Assembly: GCA_045612895.1 (NCBI GenBank)
Contig: JAZKZY010000122.1
Span: 4,171 to 68,170 of the forward strand
Reading direction: 5' to 3'
Length of the DNA stretch: 64,000 bases
Origin: Candidatus Scatosoma sp.
GTDB taxonomy: Bacteria > Bacillota > Clostridia > Christensenellales > Borkfalkiaceae
Under the pieces are notes generated by a model. It saw only the letters and a program-made list of their open reading frames with translations. It was not told where the DNA came from and did no database searches. Shown piece by piece: positions 61,565 to 64,000 of the stretch. Positions within the stretch are counted from its first letter, which is position 1. Every line of letters begins with the position of its first letter. The translations under genes were made by a program, and so were the position numbers.

Positions 61565-62932
61565 ATGGATAAAATTCAGTTGTTACAAGAAAGAAAAGCG
61601 CAGGTTGAAGCGGCGGGTAAGGATATTCGCGCGCAAATTACTGCATTGATTGATGCGGAAAGCTTTGTGGAATTGGCGGCTTTCAGCTTTTCTAAAAATG
61701 AGTTTTATGGTGAAACGGCACAAGGGGAAGGCGTTGTAACTGGTTTTGCAACGATAGACGGTTACCCGTTCTATATCGTGGCGCAAAATTATGCGGTTAT
61801 GAACGGCGGTATGTCGAAAGCAAATTGCGAAAAGATCGCAAAATGCTTGGATGCGGCTGAAAAGAACTACACGCCGGTTATCTACTTGCTTAACACGCAA
61901 GGCGTACAAATCGGTGAAGGTGTTACCGTTTTGGAGGGCTTGGCGAAGCTTTTGATGCGTAGCACGCAGTTGAAAGGGGTTGTGGCACAATACGCAATCG
62001 TGAATGGTGACGTATTCGGCTCCGCGGCAATGTTGGCTGCAATCGCGGATTTCACCTTCTTTATTGAAAAGAAGAGTGTGCTTTCCGTAAATAGTCCCTT
62101 TGTTTTGTCTGCGAAAGCAAATAAAAACATTTCCAAGGAAGAGGTTGGCAACGCAAAAGCGTTGGCTAAATCGGGCATTCCTGCCTTTGAACTGGCTGAT
62201 ATGACGGCTGTTCGTGAAAAAATTGTTGCAATCAACGATTTGATTTCCGTTCCTATGGTGGAAACGGAATTGAACCAGAGCGTGCCTGCTTTGAACGAGG
62301 GCGTTTCCGCGGCGTCGTTGCTTGCAATTTTTGAAACTGCAATCGAAATCGGCGCATTGAATGAACCTGAAGTAAAAACGATTATCGGTCGTATCGGCGG
62401 TATTGCTGTGGCGGCGGTTATCTTTGACGGCGGTGAAAACGGCGTAGAATTAACGGCTGAAAAAGTGGCTAAGATTAAGGCGTTTGCTGAACTTGCTTGT
62501 TGCTATGGTTTGCCTTTCATTACGTTTGCGGACGTGAAGGGAATTTGCCCTTGCATGCAGGTAAATAACAGCCGCGTTATGAAGGAAATTACCGAATATC
62601 TTTCGATGTTGGATACGATTGATACGGCAAAAATTGCGGTTGTATATAAGAAAGCAATCGGCTTGGGCTATTCGTTGTTTGCATCGAAATCGGTTGGCTT
62701 TGATTACACTTGCGCATTTGCGAATGCAAGCATTGCATTGTTTGACGGTGTACAGGGTGCGCAAATTGAGCTTGGCAATGAAAAAGTGGACAAGGCAGAG
62801 CTCGTTGCTCGCTATGCGGATGAAAACTCTGATCCTATCCATGCGGCAAAGAATGGATATATTGATGCGATTATCGAACCGCAGTTTGTGAAACAGTATT
62901 TGATTGCATCATTGCAAATGCTTGCAAAATAA
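61565..62932 (+). CDS. Acyl-CoA carboxyltransferase (alpha subunit of a Na+-translocating biotin decarboxylase, MmdA/GcdA-like)
   Basis: RBS GAAGGAG. Carboxyltransferase-domain pattern (GVVTGFATIDGYPFYIVAQN ... GGMSKAN ... PVIYLLNTQGVQIGEG). The operon context with gamma, biotin-carrier and beta subunits supports it. Confidence 0.75.
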   Translation: MDKIQLLQERKAQVEAAGKDIRAQITALIDAESFVELAAFSFSKNEFYGETAQGEGVVTGFATIDGYPFYIVAQNYAVMNGGMSKANCEKIAKCLDAAEKNYTPVIYLLNTQGVQIGEGVTVLEGLAKLLMRSTQLKGVVAQYAIVNGDVFGSAAMLAAIADFTFFIEKKSVLSVNSPFVLSAKANKNISKEEVGNAKALAKSGIPAFELADMTAVREKIVAINDLISVPMVETELNQSVPALNEGVSAASLLAIFETAIEIGALNEPEVKTIIGRIGGIAVAAVIFDGGENGVELTAEKVAKIKAFAELACCYGLPFITFADVKGICPCMQVNNSRVMKEITEYLSMLDTIDTAKIAVVYKKAIGLGYSLFASKSVGFDYTCAFANASIALFDGVQGAQIELGNEKVDKAELVARYADENSDPIHAAKNGYIDAIIEPQFVKQYLIASLQMLAK

Positions 62933-62941
62933 GAGGTGGCT

Positions 62942-63310
62942 ATGTTGACGAATTTATTAACAAGCGCATCTTTACCTGAAGGGTATCAAGATGTATCAGT
63001 CGGTACGGCGGCGTTGTACGCCTTGATTGGTTACTTGGTGGTCTTTGCAGGAATTGCGTTTTTGATTTTTATCGTATGGCTTGTAGGTAAGCTTATGGCG
63101 CAAGCAAAACTTGCACCAAAAAAAGAGAAAGTTGATACTAGTCCTGCGCAAAACTTGCCGATGCAAAACCTTGAGTCTGAAGACGAGGTAGATGAAGAAA
63201 CCGTAGCGGTTATTATGGCGGCGCTGATGGCGTATTATGAAGCAAACAATCCTAAATGTGAATTTACAGTAAAAAGAATTAAAAGAGTAAGGAGAAACGA
63301 TTATGCGTAA
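62942..63310 (+). CDS. Decarboxylase gamma/delta small subunit (OadG-like membrane anchor)
   Basis: A single N-terminal TM helix (ALYALIGYLVVFAGIAFLIFIVWLVG) and an acidic tail with VAVIMAALMAY. ATG 62942 is preferred over GTG 62936 because of the RBS AAGAGGTGG. Confidence 0.65.
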   Translation: MLTNLLTSASLPEGYQDVSVGTAALYALIGYLVVFAGIAFLIFIVWLVGKLMAQAKLAPKKEKVDTSPAQNLPMQNLESEDEVDEETVAVIMAALMAYYEANNPKCEFTVKRIKRVRRNDYA

Positions 63311-63668
63311 TTTTGTTGTGAATGTGAATGGTAAGGCTTTTCAAGTTAGTGTAGAAGAAGTTGGCGCAGGTGCATCCGCACCCGTAGCTGCACCCGTTGT
63401 AGCGACTCCCGTAGCAGCTCCTGCTGCTCCTGTTGCGAAAAAGGCAACGCCTGCAAATGGGGAACAAGTAAAAGCACCTTTCCCTGGCTTGATTAAAAAC
63501 CTTTTGGTTGCAGAAGGCGCAACGGTTAAGAAAGATCAACCCATTTTGGTTTTGGAGGCAATGAAGATGGACAACGATATCGTTGCTCCTTGTGATGGTG
63601 TAGTTAGCTTCCAGGTTGCAAAGGGCGCAAACGTGGAATCCGATGCTGTTTTGGCGGTTATCGGCTAA
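63303..63668 (+). CDS. Biotin carboxyl carrier protein subunit
   Basis: Ala/Pro-rich linker and the biotinylation motif VLEAMKMDNDIVAP. Confidence 0.85.
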   Translation: MRNFVVNVNGKAFQVSVEEVGAGASAPVAAPVVATPVAAPAAPVAKKATPANGEQVKAPFPGLIKNLLVAEGATVKKDQPILVLEAMKMDNDIVAPCDGVVSFQVAKGANVESDAVLAVIG

Positions 63669-63687
63669 ATAACACGGAAGGAGTACG

Positions 63688-64000
63688 ATGGTGTTAAATA
63701 ACTTACTCGCAACAAATATCGGCGAAATGTTTCGCGGATTGTGGGAGTCGTCGGGACTTTACAGTGGATCGTGGCAAAACTATGTCATGATTCTCGTTTC
63801 CTTCGTCTTGATGTATCTCGCAATCGTGAAGAAATTTGAGCCGCTCTTATTATTACCGATTGCATTCGGTATGTTCTTGATTAATTTGCCAGGGGCTTAC
63901 GATATCCTTTGGGGTACGTATGCAGGGGCTGACCATAGTTACGAGGCGGTACAAAATAAAGGGCTTTTATGGTACCTTTTCTTTGGTGTACAAAACGTAA
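63688..64000 (+). CDS. Na+-translocating decarboxylase beta subunit (OadB/MmdB/GcdB family), 3' end outside the window
   Basis: Not in the ORF track because no stop falls in the window. RBS GGAAGGAG. My translation MVLNNLLATNIGEMFRGLWESSGLYSGSWQNYVMILVSFVLMYLAIVKKFEPLLLLPIAFGMFLINLPG matches the conserved N-terminus of this family. Confidence 0.8.
   Translation, partial: MVLNNLLATNIGEMFRGLWESSGLYSGSWQNYVMILVSFVLMYLAIVKKFEPLLLLPIAFGMFLINLPGAYDILWGTYAGADHSYEAVQNKGLLWYLFFGVQNV

Overview
The window looks like a Firmicutes/Clostridia-type chromosome. The evidence is the ftsK-rimO-pgsA-cinA-recA-rny gene order, GGAGG ribosome-binding sites, TTGACA-17-TATAAT promoters and lipoprotein lipoboxes. Almost every gene is on the + strand. 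There are four blocks.

(1) 1-7.6 kb is a core housekeeping block that ends in tRNA-Thr(GGU). A scar-like duplicate of the tRNA 3' end and its terminator follows it.

(2) About 7.9-51.1 kb is a roughly 43-kb accessory locus that resembles a Gram-positive polysaccharide-utilisation locus. It holds an AraC regulator and a CUT1-type ABC importer (two permeases and a lipoprotein binding protein, no ATPase). It also holds three clan GH-A-like hydrolase modules, a GH125-like alpha-mannosidase, SGNH esterase modules and two secreted Cys-phosphatase (CX5R) paralogues. Seven very large secreted proteins (739-2047 aa) make up most of it. Five of them are built from about 30 copies of a module I cannot assign to any family. 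The paralogues show recent tandem duplications and an apparent gene-conversion tract.

(3) 51.1-51.9 kb encodes an MgtC-family protein.

(4) 52.0-59.7 kb is an AT-rich island inserted at tRNA-Trp(CCA) and bounded by a duplicated tRNA 3' end. It carries an IS3-family transposase and a four-gene operon. The last two genes are an OLD-family ATPase/TOPRIM nuclease and a UvrD-like helicase, which is the Gabija architecture. Two proteins I cannot assign precede them.

The window ends with rnhA, a TVP38/DedA-like membrane protein, and the start of a Na+-translocating biotin decarboxylase operon. I saw no rRNA, CRISPR array or prophage structural genes.
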